The notes under the pieces were generated by a model. It saw only the letters and a list, made by a program, of their open reading frames with translations. It did not search any database and had not been told where the DNA came from. Positions 46,136-55,938 of a DNA stretch of 64,000 nucleotides are shown here, piece after piece. The translations under genes were made by a program, and so were the position numbers. Source of the DNA: Thermoplasmata archaeon (GTDB lineage: Archaea > Thermoplasmatota > Thermoplasmata > Lutacidiplasmatales > UBA184); contig JAKIWI010000003.1 in the NCBI GenBank assembly GCA_022750115.1, forward strand, positions 175,948 through 239,947. The letters run 5' to 3'. The number at the start of each line of letters is the position of its first letter. Position 1 is the first letter of the stretch.

Positions 46136-46648
46136 GTGTTCGCACCGGTCGACATCCGCGAGATCACGGCCTACAATCGCGCCGTGCTCGCCCGCTACGA
46201 GCGGGCGCTCCGACGCCTCACCTGGAAAGAGTCCGGTAAGGACCGTGGGACAGGTCACCTCTCGCTGCGCGACACCTACGTGCACATCGTCCAGGTCCAC
46301 GACGGCTGGCTCAACTTCGTCGTGCCGGCGCGGTTCGGCGACATGGAGGGGCGGCCCGACCCGTTCGAGTTCCACTCCTGGAAGGAGATCGGCGCATGGG
46401 CGGATTCCGTGTTCCGGGAAATCCAGGCGCGAACCGCTGCCCTGACCGCACGTGAGCTCCGTCGCGTCGTCCGCGCCCCGTGGATGCCCGGCCGATACAC
46501 CGTGTCGGACGCCTATCTCCAGGTGACCATGGAGCAGGCGCACCATCTCGGCGAGATCATCGCGGCGTTCTGGCAGATGGACCGGGCTCCGCCCGACATG
46601 ACCTGGATCGACACGCGCCGGAATCTTACCCGCCGACGGCCGCGGTGA
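46136..46648 (+). CDS. DinB/YfiT family protein
   Basis: SLRDT.VH......W, HHLGEI metal-ligand pattern. Confidence 0.85.
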   Translation: MFAPVDIREITAYNRAVLARYERALRRLTWKESGKDRGTGHLSLRDTYVHIVQVHDGWLNFVVPARFGDMEGRPDPFEFHSWKEIGAWADSVFREIQARTAALTARELRRVVRAPWMPGRYTVSDAYLQVTMEQAHHLGEIIAAFWQMDRAPPDMTWIDTRRNLTRRRPR

Positions 46649-46669
46649 CGGGACGGGGGAAGGGTCGTT

Positions 46670-47005
46670 CTACCGGGGAGCGGGTCCCGACCGGCCCTCG
46701 AGGCGCTCGAGCTTGCCCGTGCGACCCACGCTGATCTGCGGACGGCCGCGGTAATCGGAGACCCACCCTTCCACGATTCGGATCCGGTCGCCCACCGCGA
46801 CGCTGTCGACCTCGGTCCCCCAGAGAACGAGCGAGATCTCCCCGGTGGCGTCCTTCAGCCGCGCGTTCCGGACCCGCTTCGGCGTCCCTTCGCGCGTCGC
46901 GACGTCGCGGACCGCCTCGAGCTCCGAGACCGTCGCCTCGATCGTCGCGACCCGCGACGGTCGGAGGTCGGAGATGAACGTCGCCGGCGGTCGGCTCTCC
47001 GGCAT
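46670..47005 (-). CDS. Single OB-fold ssDNA-binding protein (SSB/RPA-like)
   Basis: ISDLRP, LKDATGEISLVLWG, GDRIRI..GWV..YRG..QI.VGRTG; CTTAAG at 47030-47035. Confidence 0.88.
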   Translation of the reverse strand: MPESRPPATFISDLRPSRVATIEATVSELEAVRDVATREGTPKRVRNARLKDATGEISLVLWGTEVDSVAVGDRIRIVEGWVSDYRGRPQISVGRTGKLERLEGRSGPAPR

Positions 47006-47102
47006 CGCGAATCGGAATGGTTCAACGCACTTAAGGCGTGGACGCGACACGGCGTTCCGAACGCCGGAGGCGAAGGGTGGACTCCTCCGAACGACACGCC
47101 CG

Positions 47103-47789
47103 ATGACGACGCTCCGAACCCTCGCGGTCCACGACATCGTCCAGCGGGCGTACCCGCGGCCGCCCCCGGAAGAGAAGGAAGAGGTCGCGATGGCGACCGG
47201 CCGGGCGATCGATGGAGCGCTGACGGAGCTCGCCTACGAGCTGCGGCAGGGCCGTCGCCCCGGCGGGAGCGCGATGGTCGCCCGGGCCGGTACGATCCTG
47301 GACGACGCCCTGGCGGACGCCGCCGTGACGATACCGGCCGAGGAGCGGGACCGAATCCTCGGGCAAGTGCGGGGCGTCCTCAAGGTCTACCGGGAGAGCG
47401 AGATCTTCGGACTCGCCCGGCCGAGGACCCGCGTGATCGTGATCGGGAACCGGGTCGGCATCTACGCGCAACCGGATTTCTGGGACGGGCGAAGCCGGTT
47501 TTTCGAGTTGAAGAGCTACCGAGCGATCCCGATGCCGCCGGACGTCGCCCTCCAGATGCGACTGTTCCAACTCGCCTACCCAGGGTTCGAGTCCGTCCTG
47601 CTCTGCCTCAACCGGCACACCACGCCGGTCGAGGTCACGTCGGCCCGCATCTCCCCGGCGAGCGAGTCCGAGGCGGCCGCGGCGATCCGACTCGCCTACG
47701 ACCTCGGCCTCGAGTTCGGCGAGGAGAAGGTGCGGGAGTACATGACCGGACCGTTCGTGCCGTACGAGCCGCCGCTCCCGTCCGGATAA
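47103..47789 (+). CDS. Putative PD-(D/E)XK nuclease-fold protein
   Basis: IYAQPDF-x7-FELKS followed by Q..L.QLA (QxxxY-like helix). Confidence 0.7.
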   Translation: MTTLRTLAVHDIVQRAYPRPPPEEKEEVAMATGRAIDGALTELAYELRQGRRPGGSAMVARAGTILDDALADAAVTIPAEERDRILGQVRGVLKVYRESEIFGLARPRTRVIVIGNRVGIYAQPDFWDGRSRFFELKSYRAIPMPPDVALQMRLFQLAYPGFESVLLCLNRHTTPVEVTSARISPASESEAAAAIRLAYDLGLEFGEEKVREYMTGPFVPYEPPLPSG

Positions 47790-47894
47790 CGCCTCGCGAG
47801 CGTCCCGAGACGTACCGGAGGATTGCCAGACTACAGCATGACTCGTCGGAGGAGTGTCTTTGACCTCGGAGCCGGTGACCTCGACGAGAATTCT

Positions 47895-48461
47895 ATGACC
47901 GCAACCAACGCAACAGGCTCGGGGACTGGGAACTGGTGGGCGGAGAACGCGGTCTGGTTGAAGACGGTCTTCCGGATCGTGTTCGGGGTCATCTGGCTCA
48001 TCGACGGCTCGCTCAAGTTCGCGCCGGGGTTCGTCGACTCGTTCGCCGGGAGCATCTCGCCCGACGGCCAGCCCGGGTGGCTCGCGCCCTGGTTCAACTT
48101 CTGGGCGTCGCAAGTGGACACGAACACCGCGTTCTACGTCTACTTCGTCGGCAGCCTCGAGCTCGCCCTCGGGCTCGCGCTCGTCTTCGGGTTCATGCGG
48201 AAGGTCGCCTACGCGGGCGGGGCGATCCTCAGCCTGTTCATCTGGTCGGTCCCGGAAGGGTTTGGCGGACCGTACGGTCCCGGCTCGACCGACATCGGGA
48301 CGGGCGCGATGTACGCGCTCCTGTTCCTCGCGCTGATCGTGATCAACGCGACCTACGGCCCGAGCCGCTTCAGCCTCGACGCCCTCGTCGAGCGGAAGTT
48401 CCCGAGGTGGCGGATGCTCGCGGAGTTGGGTCCGGCGCGATTCGCGCCGGGCCGCGACTGA
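47895..48461 (+). CDS. DoxX/DoxD (TQO small subunit-like) membrane protein
   Basis: RI.FG.IW..DG.LK..PGF, ELALGLAL.FG, IW..PEGFGGPYGPGSTDIG, SLD. Confidence 0.85.
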   Translation: MTATNATGSGTGNWWAENAVWLKTVFRIVFGVIWLIDGSLKFAPGFVDSFAGSISPDGQPGWLAPWFNFWASQVDTNTAFYVYFVGSLELALGLALVFGFMRKVAYAGGAILSLFIWSVPEGFGGPYGPGSTDIGTGAMYALLFLALIVINATYGPSRFSLDALVERKFPRWRMLAELGPARFAPGRD

Positions 48462-48479
48462 GCGAACGGCGGCGCCCGC

Positions 48480-49181
48480 CTACGAGGGGGGCGAGTCGGG
48501 CCGGCGGGGCAGCCGGACCGGCCGTTCCCCCGTGACCAGGTAGACGACCCATTCCCCGATGTTGACGGCGTGGTCGCTGAGGCGCTCGAGGTAGCGGTTG
48601 ATCAGGATGCACTCGGCGCCGGTCCTCGGCGTGACGCTCCGACGCGCCATCCCCTCGATGATCAGCTGGAACAGCTCGTCGTGGAACCGGTCGACCGCAT
48701 CGTCGTCGGCGTGGATGTGCGACACGCTCGTCGAGTCCCCCGCGAGGTAGGCGTTCACCGCCGTCCGGATCATCCCGACCGTGAGGTTGCCCATCTCGCG
48801 GAGCTTCGGGAGGCTCTCGCGCCCGTCCCCTTCGCGGTGGAGTTCGTGGGCCGACTCCGCGATGTCCTTGGCGTAGCGGCCGATCCGGTCGAGGTCGGTC
48901 GTGACCTCGAGCGCGACGGTGATCGTCCGCAGGTCCTTCGCCACCGGCGCGTGGAGCGCGATCGTCTCGACGCAGTTGCGGACGATCCGCTCCTTGAGCC
49001 CGTACACCTCGCGGTCGATCGCGCTCACGTCGCCGACGACGCCCGGGTCCGGGGCATCGAGCCCGGCGACGGCGCGCTCGATCGCCTGCACGCTCAACGT
49101 CGCGATCGTCGTCATGTTCTCGCGGAGCGTGTTCAGCTCCTCCGAGAGCGCCTTGCGCTCCACCCGCCCGCCCATCGTCAT
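48480..49181 (-). CDS. phoU: Phosphate signalling protein PhoU
   Basis: PVAKDLR....L....DLDRIGRYA.DIA, DD.VD, YLERLSDHAVNI.E; TAATG overlap with pstB. Confidence 0.95.
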   Translation of the reverse strand: MTMGGRVERKALSEELNTLRENMTTIATLSVQAIERAVAGLDAPDPGVVGDVSAIDREVYGLKERIVRNCVETIALHAPVAKDLRTITVALEVTTDLDRIGRYAKDIAESAHELHREGDGRESLPKLREMGNLTVGMIRTAVNAYLAGDSTSVSHIHADDDAVDRFHDELFQLIIEGMARRSVTPRTGAECILINRYLERLSDHAVNIGEWVVYLVTGERPVRLPRRPDSPPS

Positions 49182-49936
49182 TACCCGAACCTCCCCGTGA
49201 TGTAGCTCTCCGTGAGCTTCTCCGCCGGCCGCTCGAACAGGTCGCGCGTCGGCGCGACCTCGACGAGCTTGCCGAGGTAGAGGAACGCCGTCCGGTCGGC
49301 GACGCGCGCCGCCTGTTGCATGTTGTGCGTGACGATGACGACCGGCACCTGGTTCTTCAGATCGAAGATCAGGTCCTCGATGCGCGCCGTCGAGATCGGG
49401 TCGAGGGCGCTCGCGGGCTCGTCCATCAGCAGCACCTCCGGCTGGACCGCGAGGGCGCGCGCGATACAGAGCCGCTGCTGCTGGCCGCCCGACAGCTGGA
49501 GCGCGCTCTGGTCGAGCTTCTCCTTGACCTCCTCCCAGAGGGCGGCCTTCTTGAGGCTCTCGATCACGAGCCGGTCCATCTCGTCGTGCGAGTAGCCGCC
49601 ATGGAGCTTCAGCCCCGCCGCGACGTTCCCATAGATCGACATCGTCGGGAAGACGTTCGGGCGTTGGAACACCATCCCGATCTTCCGCCGGATCTCGGTC
49701 GGGTCGTCGGCGTAGACGTCCGCGCCGTCGAGGAGCACCTTCCCCTCGGCGCGCGCCTTCGGCTGGGTCTCGTGGATCCGGTTGAGGCAGCGGATAAACG
49801 TCGATTTTCCGCAGCCGGAGGGGCCGATGATCGCCGTAGCGCGCTTGTCCGGAAACGACAGCGAGATGTCCTGGACGGCGTGGGTCTTCCCGTACCACGC
49901 GTTCAGGTTCTCCACCACGAGCTTGTCGCCGGTCAT
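49181..49936 (-). CDS. pstB: Phosphate ABC transporter ATPase
   Basis: [49 protein letters not shown]. Confidence 0.97.
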   Translation of the reverse strand: MTGDKLVVENLNAWYGKTHAVQDISLSFPDKRATAIIGPSGCGKSTFIRCLNRIHETQPKARAEGKVLLDGADVYADDPTEIRRKIGMVFQRPNVFPTMSIYGNVAAGLKLHGGYSHDEMDRLVIESLKKAALWEEVKEKLDQSALQLSGGQQQRLCIARALAVQPEVLLMDEPASALDPISTARIEDLIFDLKNQVPVVIVTHNMQQAARVADRTAFLYLGKLVEVAPTRDLFERPAEKLTESYITGRFG

Positions 49937-50832
49937 GCCGTCCTCCCCCCGAACTTGTTGCGCAGCGCGAGCCGCGCGCCCACGCTGATGAGGAGCATAA
50001 TGAGGACGAGCATGAGCGCCGCGCCCCAGGCGAGCTGCGTCGTGTTCGCATACCCCCCCGCGGCGGAGTAGTAGATCAGCACCGGCAGCGACGGCGTCCA
50101 TCCGGAGAGGCCGGTGATGGCCCCCGTCGTGAATCCGGCGGTGAGGAGGAGGGGGGCGGTCTCGCCGCCCGCGCGGGCGACCGCGAGCAGAGCGCCCGTG
50201 ATGACCCCGCCGCGGGCGGCGGAGAGGACGATCCGAAGGATCGTGCGGTGGCGCGGGATCCCAAGCGCGAGCGACGCCTCGCGGATCGACACCGGCACGA
50301 GGCGCAGCGCCTCCTCGCAAGTCCGCGCGACGACGGGGATCATGATCACGGCGAGCGCGACCGCCCCCGTGTAGCCCGAGGTAATCGAAAACGAGCTGAT
50401 CCATCCCTGCTCGGCGAAGAACAGGAAGATCCCGAAGACGAACACCCCGATGACGATCGACGGGATGCCGGTCATGACGTCGGCGAGGAACCTCGCCGGG
50501 CGCGCGAGCGGCCGGTCCTGGAACTCGGAGAGGTAGATCCCCCCGAGGATCCCGACGGGGAGCGCGATCAGGGAGGCGACGACGACGAGCAGCAGTGTCC
50601 CGAGCAACGCGTCCTGGATCCCGCCCACGGGGCAAGGGGTCGTCGGCCCGGGGTTGCACGGTGGCGGCGGATTCTGCAAGAAGAAGGCCGGGGTGATCGC
50701 CCCCGCGCCGTTGACGAAGCACTCGAGGAGGATGCTCGCGAGCGGGAGGAGCGTGATCAGGACAGCGGTCGCGCAGAGGCCGAGGAGTACCGCGCTCTTC
50801 ACGCGGCGGCGCAGTCGCTTCGGGGGCCTCAC
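49933..50832 (-). CDS. pstA: Phosphate ABC transporter permease
   Basis: [34 protein letters not shown]. Confidence 0.95.
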   Translation of the reverse strand: MRPPKRLRRRVKSAVLLGLCATAVLITLLPLASILLECFVNGAGAITPAFFLQNPPPPCNPGPTTPCPVGGIQDALLGTLLLVVVASLIALPVGILGGIYLSEFQDRPLARPARFLADVMTGIPSIVIGVFVFGIFLFFAEQGWISSFSITSGYTGAVALAVIMIPVVARTCEEALRLVPVSIREASLALGIPRHRTILRIVLSAARGGVITGALLAVARAGGETAPLLLTAGFTTGAITGLSGWTPSLPVLIYYSAAGGYANTTQLAWGAALMLVLIMLLISVGARLALRNKFGGRTA

Positions 50833-51878
50833 GGCGCCGATCCCCCCATCCGGGTCATCGACCGCAGCATCAGCCGGGCCGCGACGTTCACGAGCAGCGA
50901 GAGCCCCATCAGGATCAGGCCGAGCTCGATCAGGGCGGACTTCTCGAGCGGGAGCGCGTTCCCGAAGTTGATCGCGATCTTGCTCGACAGGGTCTGGCCG
51001 GGGTCGAACAGCGAGGTGGCGAAGTTGTCCGAGTTGCCGATCGTCATCGTTACGGCCATCGTCTCCCCCATCGCCCGGCCCAGCCCGAGGATCGCCGCCC
51101 CGAAGATCCCCGAGCGGGCGTAGGCGAGCGGGCCGAGGCGCGTCGCCTCCCAGCGGGTCGCGCCCAGGCTCAGCGCGGCCTCCCGCTGGCTGTCCGGCGT
51201 CGCGCGGAGGGCTTCCCGGCTCACCGAGGAGATCGTCGGGAGGATCATGATCGCGAGGATGATCGACGCCGTCAGGACGCTCACTCCGCTCTGGCTCCCG
51301 GCGTGCGAGGCGAACAGGGGGGTCCAGCCGAGGTAGTGGACGAGCGCCGGGTCGACGTTCGAGCGCATGTACGGGACGAGGACGTAGAGGCCCCACAGCC
51401 CGAACACGACCGACGGCACGGCCGCGAGGAGGTCGACGACCGAGGCGACGGGCGCCCGCAGCCAGTCGGGCGCGAGCTCAGCAAGGAAGATCGCCGCGCC
51501 GATCGACAAGGGAACCCCGATGAGCATCGCGATGACGCTCGTCTCGAGCGTCCCGGCGACGAACGGCGCCGCGCCGAACGTGATCGGGGAGGTCGGGGAG
51601 GCGCTCGGGACCCAGAACTGGCCGATGACGAACCCGGGGCCGAATCGTACAATCGCCCGCCACGAGGCTTGGGTGATGATGACGATCAGCAGCGCCGGGA
51701 GCGCGATGAGTACGAGGGCGGCGAGGGTCGAGAGACCCCCGAAGAACCGGTCGACCACCCCGGTAAAGCTCCGTCGCCGGTCCGGACCCTGCGACGGGGA
51801 AGGGGTTGCTCCGGCCGGCTCGGCGGGACCCGTCGCGGGGAGGGGGTCCGTGCCGGTGCCGACCGGTGGTTCTGCCAT
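50829..51878 (-). CDS. pstC: Phosphate ABC transporter permease
   Basis: [40 protein letters not shown]. Confidence 0.96.
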   Translation of the reverse strand: MAEPPVGTGTDPLPATGPAEPAGATPSPSQGPDRRRSFTGVVDRFFGGLSTLAALVLIALPALLIVIITQASWRAIVRFGPGFVIGQFWVPSASPTSPITFGAAPFVAGTLETSVIAMLIGVPLSIGAAIFLAELAPDWLRAPVASVVDLLAAVPSVVFGLWGLYVLVPYMRSNVDPALVHYLGWTPLFASHAGSQSGVSVLTASIILAIMILPTISSVSREALRATPDSQREAALSLGATRWEATRLGPLAYARSGIFGAAILGLGRAMGETMAVTMTIGNSDNFATSLFDPGQTLSSKIAINFGNALPLEKSALIELGLILMGLSLLVNVAARLMLRSMTRMGGSAP

Positions 51879-51903
51879 GCCGAGGCCTTCCGACGTGGTT
51901 CCC

Positions 51904-53106
51904 CTAGTGCGACGTCAGCGCATGACCGTTGTAGGTGATGCTGCCGATCGCCGCCTCGTCGAGCGTCACCACGTTCGACGGCAGCGGCACGTAGGAGAGA
52001 CCGACCGAGTACGTCTGACCCGTCGTGACCAGCCACCAGAGGAACGCGACGGTGCCCTGCGCGTGCGCCTGGCTCTCGCTCGAGCCGTAGACCGCGCCGA
52101 GGTCCAGGTAGACCATCAGGTAGGAGAACGTCGCGATCGGGTAGGTCGTCGCTCCCACCTCGTTGAGGAGGGAGACGCTGTCCCAGCCGGCCTCGGCGTT
52201 CGCCGCCGGGAGGCCCGCCACGCTCGCCGCGGCCGCCGCGGTGTTCGTCTCGTTCGGCAGGATGTAGTTGCTCGCGGGGTTCTGGACGGCCGCGTACGCG
52301 AGGTTGTTGGTGATCGCGTAGGCGAGGTCGACGTAGCCGATCGAGTCCGGGTTCGTCTTGACGTCGCCAGCGACGCCGAGCGAGCCGCTGCCCTTGATCC
52401 CGACGGGCCAGGTGACGGAGGTGCCCGAGCCGACCTTCGTCTTCCACGAGGAGTTCTCGAGCGTGAGCCAGCTCGTGAAGACGTACGTCGTGCCGCTCGA
52501 GTCCGCGCGCTCCACGACCGTGATGTTCGCGCTCGGGAGCTTCGTAACGGGGTTCAGCGCGACGATCGAAGGGTCGTTCCACGTCTTGATCGTGCCGAGG
52601 TAGATCCCGGCGAGGACCGTGCCAGAGAGGTTGAGCCCCTTCGCGAGCCCGTTGTTGTAGATGATCGAGACGCCCGCGACGACCTCGGGGATCGTGAGGA
52701 CGGTCGAGCCACCCGGTAGCGTGCTCACCTGGGTCGCCGAGAGCGGGGCATCGGATGCCCCGATGTCGACGGTCTTTTGGCTGAGGTCCGTGACGCCGGC
52801 TCCGCTGCCGACGCCGTTGTAGTTCACTTGGCCGCAGGAGTACTGGGCCGACCAGAGCGTCATCAGCGGCTGCACGAGCGTCGAGCCCGCCGCTTGGACC
52901 GTCTGCCCGGTCCCACCGGGGCACGGGCCGCTCGACTTCTTCGGCGAGAGCCACCCGGCGGAGGCTCCGTACGCGAGCACCACCACCACGATCACCACGA
53001 CCACGATCACCGCGTACATCGCGGCGTGGCTCGACGATCGCTTCGGGAGCTTGCTCTTGTCGGCGTCGGTCGGCGCGTTCGTTCCGTTTGCGTTGTTCGC
53101 ACTCAT
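51904..53106 (-). CDS. pstS: Phosphate ABC transporter substrate-binding protein
   Basis: AGST, GSGAG, GASDAPL, WNDP.I..LNP, RADSSGTT, YPI. Confidence 0.96.
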   Translation of the reverse strand: MSANNANGTNAPTDADKSKLPKRSSSHAAMYAVIVVVVIVVVVLAYGASAGWLSPKKSSGPCPGGTGQTVQAAGSTLVQPLMTLWSAQYSCGQVNYNGVGSGAGVTDLSQKTVDIGASDAPLSATQVSTLPGGSTVLTIPEVVAGVSIIYNNGLAKGLNLSGTVLAGIYLGTIKTWNDPSIVALNPVTKLPSANITVVERADSSGTTYVFTSWLTLENSSWKTKVGSGTSVTWPVGIKGSGSLGVAGDVKTNPDSIGYVDLAYAITNNLAYAAVQNPASNYILPNETNTAAAAASVAGLPAANAEAGWDSVSLLNEVGATTYPIATFSYLMVYLDLGAVYGSSESQAHAQGTVAFLWWLVTTGQTYSVGLSYVPLPSNVVTLDEAAIGSITYNGHALTSH

Positions 53107-53133
53107 TCCGTTTTTTCCTCCTCGGGGAGTTTC

Positions 53134-54282
53134 CTACTTGGGGAGAGGGAGGTCGGCGGCCCGGCTGTCGGAGGCGAGCGTGGGGCGCACGGTCACGCGG
53201 TCCGACGGCGGGACGGCCAACTGGGCGATGTCCTGGGCGTAGGCGGTGATCCGGTCAAGCGACTCGATGAGCAGCCCGAGGTTCGCGATGACGCTCGGTG
53301 GCATCGGGGTCGCGAGCCCGCGGCTCCAGAACCGCTCGCGCAGCGCCGCGGCGGTCTCATGCAGCGCCTCGCCGGCGTCGACGACGAGGTTCGCGTCGGT
53401 CGGGTCGCGGGCCTCGGCGACCCGGCAGGCGAGCTCGAGGTGGTTCGCGACCTGCGCGTGGTAGGACGTGAGGGATCGGTAGGTCGAGTCGGGGAGGTTC
53501 GCCTCGCGCAGGCGCGCCCCGCGCTCGGCGATCAGGACGGCGTGGTCGGCCGCGCGTTCGAGCGCCCGAGAGAGGAACAGCGGCGCGAACGTCTCCGACA
53601 ACGCCGAGGGAAATCCGCTCGAGCCGGCGTCCGGCCACGGGCGCAGAACGAGGATCCGCTCAATCAGCCAGGCGTGGCGGTCGACCTCGTCGTCGCGCTC
53701 CCGCCAGTCGCTCGTCCGGGCCGCGGCGTTCGAGTCGACCCACGAGCGTCCGGCGTTGCGGATGCGGTCGAGGACGACCTGCGCCATGCGGCGGAGGACC
53801 GGCCCGACCGCCAGGTCCGCGCCGCGGCTGACATCGGCGACGACGATCAGCTCGCCGTCGTCGCTCACGACCTCGGGGCGGATGGTCCGTCGCACGAACT
53901 CGATCACCGCGCCACGGGTCTCGGCGGTGAGCGGCCCATCCTCCCGGACCTCGAACCGGTGAGCGCCGGACAGGTAGGCGCGGAGCAGCTGGCGGAACAG
54001 GTGTTCCGGCGAGCCGCCGGGGGGGACGTGGAGTTGCGCCGTGGCGAGGGCCGGCAGCTCGCGGCCGTCGCGGACCAGGATGGTCCCGTCGGGGCGGGTG
54101 GAGACGAACACCGCCCCGCCGCTGGTGAGACCGCGGCGCGCGACCCACTGGCGCGGAAGGGCGATCCCGACGCTCACCGAGCCGAGGCGGTGGAGCTTCC
54201 GCTCCTCAACCTCCGACCCGAGCTCGGCCACCGCGGGGCGGGCCGGGCGGGTCGTCGTCGACGTCGTCGCGGCTCGGGCCAT
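53134..54282 (-). CDS. Archaeal phosphate uptake regulator (AbrB-like N-terminus plus PhoU domains)
   Basis: ERKLH.LG..S..I.LP.QW, DDEVDR, LERAADHA, LDRI..Y..DIA; first gene of the pst operon. Confidence 0.9.
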   Translation of the reverse strand: MARAATTSTTTRPARPAVAELGSEVEERKLHRLGSVSVGIALPRQWVARRGLTSGGAVFVSTRPDGTILVRDGRELPALATAQLHVPPGGSPEHLFRQLLRAYLSGAHRFEVREDGPLTAETRGAVIEFVRRTIRPEVVSDDGELIVVADVSRGADLAVGPVLRRMAQVVLDRIRNAGRSWVDSNAAARTSDWRERDDEVDRHAWLIERILVLRPWPDAGSSGFPSALSETFAPLFLSRALERAADHAVLIAERGARLREANLPDSTYRSLTSYHAQVANHLELACRVAEARDPTDANLVVDAGEALHETAAALRERFWSRGLATPMPPSVIANLGLLIESLDRITAYAQDIAQLAVPPSDRVTVRPTLASDSRAADLPLPK

Positions 54283-54306
54283 CGACGGGGGGAGTCGCTC
54301 GGGGGG

Positions 54307-54374
54307 ATATATAGAATTATGATTTAGGCTATAGACGCATCCATAGGACGATAGAGTCCGCCATATCTCATAGA
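54307..54374 (-). promoter_or_regulatory. pst operon promoter: TATA plus 20-bp-periodic direct repeats
   Basis: TCTATATAT 54307-54315 on the minus strand; ATAGA at 54311, 54331, 54351, 54370; CCATA at 54341, 54361. Confidence 0.65.
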
Positions 54375-54445
54375 GGCCACGGTCCGCGGCGGCCCCTCGG
54401 TTCTCGAGCGGGACGCTTTGACCGCGTTCCTCCCTGCCGAGAGCC

Positions 54446-55159
54446 ATGGGCACGCCCATCGCGGGAACCTACCCCCCGCCGCTCGCCTCGGGCGACCGCG
54501 ACGTCAAGGCGTTCGCGTTCAGCCCCTGGCCGCTCCGCTCCCGCCACTTTCCGAACGAGGTCCGACAAACGTTCGAGGGTTGGCCGAGCGCAACGTTTCG
54601 GACCCGGACGAAAGAGGCGATGGAGCGGCTGGGGTTCAGTGTCGCCGCCGAATCCGCCATCCCGCTCTTCCACGCCAAGGCGCCGCGGGAGGGCCACGCT
54701 CCGAAGCCGCTCGTTGGTGTCTGGGTCGGCGAGAGGAACCTGCGCCTGGACCTCACCTTACGGAAGCGCGCCGACCTCAGGATGGCGGGGTTGGCCGTCC
54801 TCGCCGTCGCGCTCGTGGTCGTCACGCTCGCCGTCTCGCCTCTGCGACCGTACCTTGTTCTGGCCGCCCTGGCGGGCGGCATGATGTTCGCGGGCGTGAT
54901 CAGCGCCTATACCGGTCGGGGGGCGTTCGACAGCGACATCGTCTACGTGGTCGCGGAGACCTCGCCGAACCTGGCGCCGGGAACGACGCTGACCCCCGAC
55001 GATCCTCTCACCCTCGAGGTTCGGTCCGGTTCCGCAAGGGTCACGACCGCGAACTGGGCGGCCAAGCACTCGAGCGGTCGTTCTCTCAAGAAAGTGAATC
55101 CTGCCGACCTCGGGCTCACCGGAACCCCGTCCGAACTGCTGAAGCTGATCCGCGGCTGA
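54446..55159 (+). CDS. Hypothetical 2-TM protein, paralog A
   Basis: Shares GER.LRLDL.LRK, GRGAFDSD, GSARV..ANW.AKHS.GR and the IRG* end with the next gene. Confidence 0.85.
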   Translation: MGTPIAGTYPPPLASGDRDVKAFAFSPWPLRSRHFPNEVRQTFEGWPSATFRTRTKEAMERLGFSVAAESAIPLFHAKAPREGHAPKPLVGVWVGERNLRLDLTLRKRADLRMAGLAVLAVALVVVTLAVSPLRPYLVLAALAGGMMFAGVISAYTGRGAFDSDIVYVVAETSPNLAPGTTLTPDDPLTLEVRSGSARVTTANWAAKHSSGRSLKKVNPADLGLTGTPSELLKLIRG

Positions 55160-55208
55160 ATCCGGCCCCCGCCGAAACCTTTGTCGCCAATCGCGGGTGT
55201 CCCAACTC

Positions 55209-55922
55209 ATGGCGACCCCCCTCCCGACCGGGACTCCGAGCGCCCCGGCTCCGCCCCAACTCGGTGCCACTCCGTACCAGTTCATGGCCGGGTCCGTCAC
55301 CCAAAAGCACCTGCCGAACGAGGCGCGCGATCGCCTCGAAGCGTGGTCGTACTCGATGTTGGTGGCGCGGGCGAAGGACGCCCTGGTGGGGCTCGGGTAC
55401 ACGCTCTCGGCGTTCGACCCGATCGAACTCCCCACGACGGTGAAGGTCGCGAAGCACCCGCGGACGCTCTACGGGACGATGGTCGGCGAGCGCGACCTGC
55501 GCCTCGACCTCGCTCTCCGCAAGGCCGCGGGCCAACGCGCGGTCGTCCTCTTCCTCATCGCCGTCGGCCTCGGCGCGATCGGGATCTTCGCCGTTCTCTC
55601 CTACGGGCGCCCGTACGCGGCACTGAGCCTGATGGGTGCCGCGATCGTCGGTGTCGCGGGTGTGATCAGCTTCTCCGGCCGGGGTGCGTTCGACAGCGAC
55701 CTGATCTATCTCGTGTTCGAGACCACGCCGAACGCCCCGGAGGGCACGACCCTCACGAGCGAGACGCCGTTCACGTTCGACATCTGGGCGGGAAGCGCCC
55801 GGGTCTCGAGCGCGAACTGGACCGCCAAGCACTCGAACGGGCGGGACTTCCGCGCGATCCTCGCTTCGGCGTCGCCGCCGTCGGCGACCCCCCACGACCT
55901 GTTCCAACGGATCCGCGGCTGA
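55209..55922 (+). CDS. Hypothetical 2-TM protein, paralog B
   Basis: Tandem paralog of 54446..55159. Confidence 0.85.
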   Translation: MATPLPTGTPSAPAPPQLGATPYQFMAGSVTQKHLPNEARDRLEAWSYSMLVARAKDALVGLGYTLSAFDPIELPTTVKVAKHPRTLYGTMVGERDLRLDLALRKAAGQRAVVLFLIAVGLGAIGIFAVLSYGRPYAALSLMGAAIVGVAGVISFSGRGAFDSDLIYLVFETTPNAPEGTTLTSETPFTFDIWAGSARVSSANWTAKHSNGRDFRAILASASPPSATPHDLFQRIRG

Positions 55923-55938
55923 ACGCGCCGCTCCGCGT

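Noticed and set aside
47103-47789. Cas4 or CRISPR association for the PD-(D/E)XK protein
   Set aside because: No Fe-S cysteine cluster, no other cas genes and no repeat-spacer array noticed in the window.
47895-48461. Evidence for thiosulfate oxidation (TQO)
   Set aside because: A lone DoxX/DoxD-like gene without doxA or other sulfur genes is not enough.
48480-51396. Apparent long fused ORFs for phoU (523 aa), pstB (513 aa) and pstA (487 aa) in the ORF track
   Set aside because: Upstream extensions are off-frame reads of the preceding gene; real starts overlap the previous stops at 49181, 49936 and 50832.
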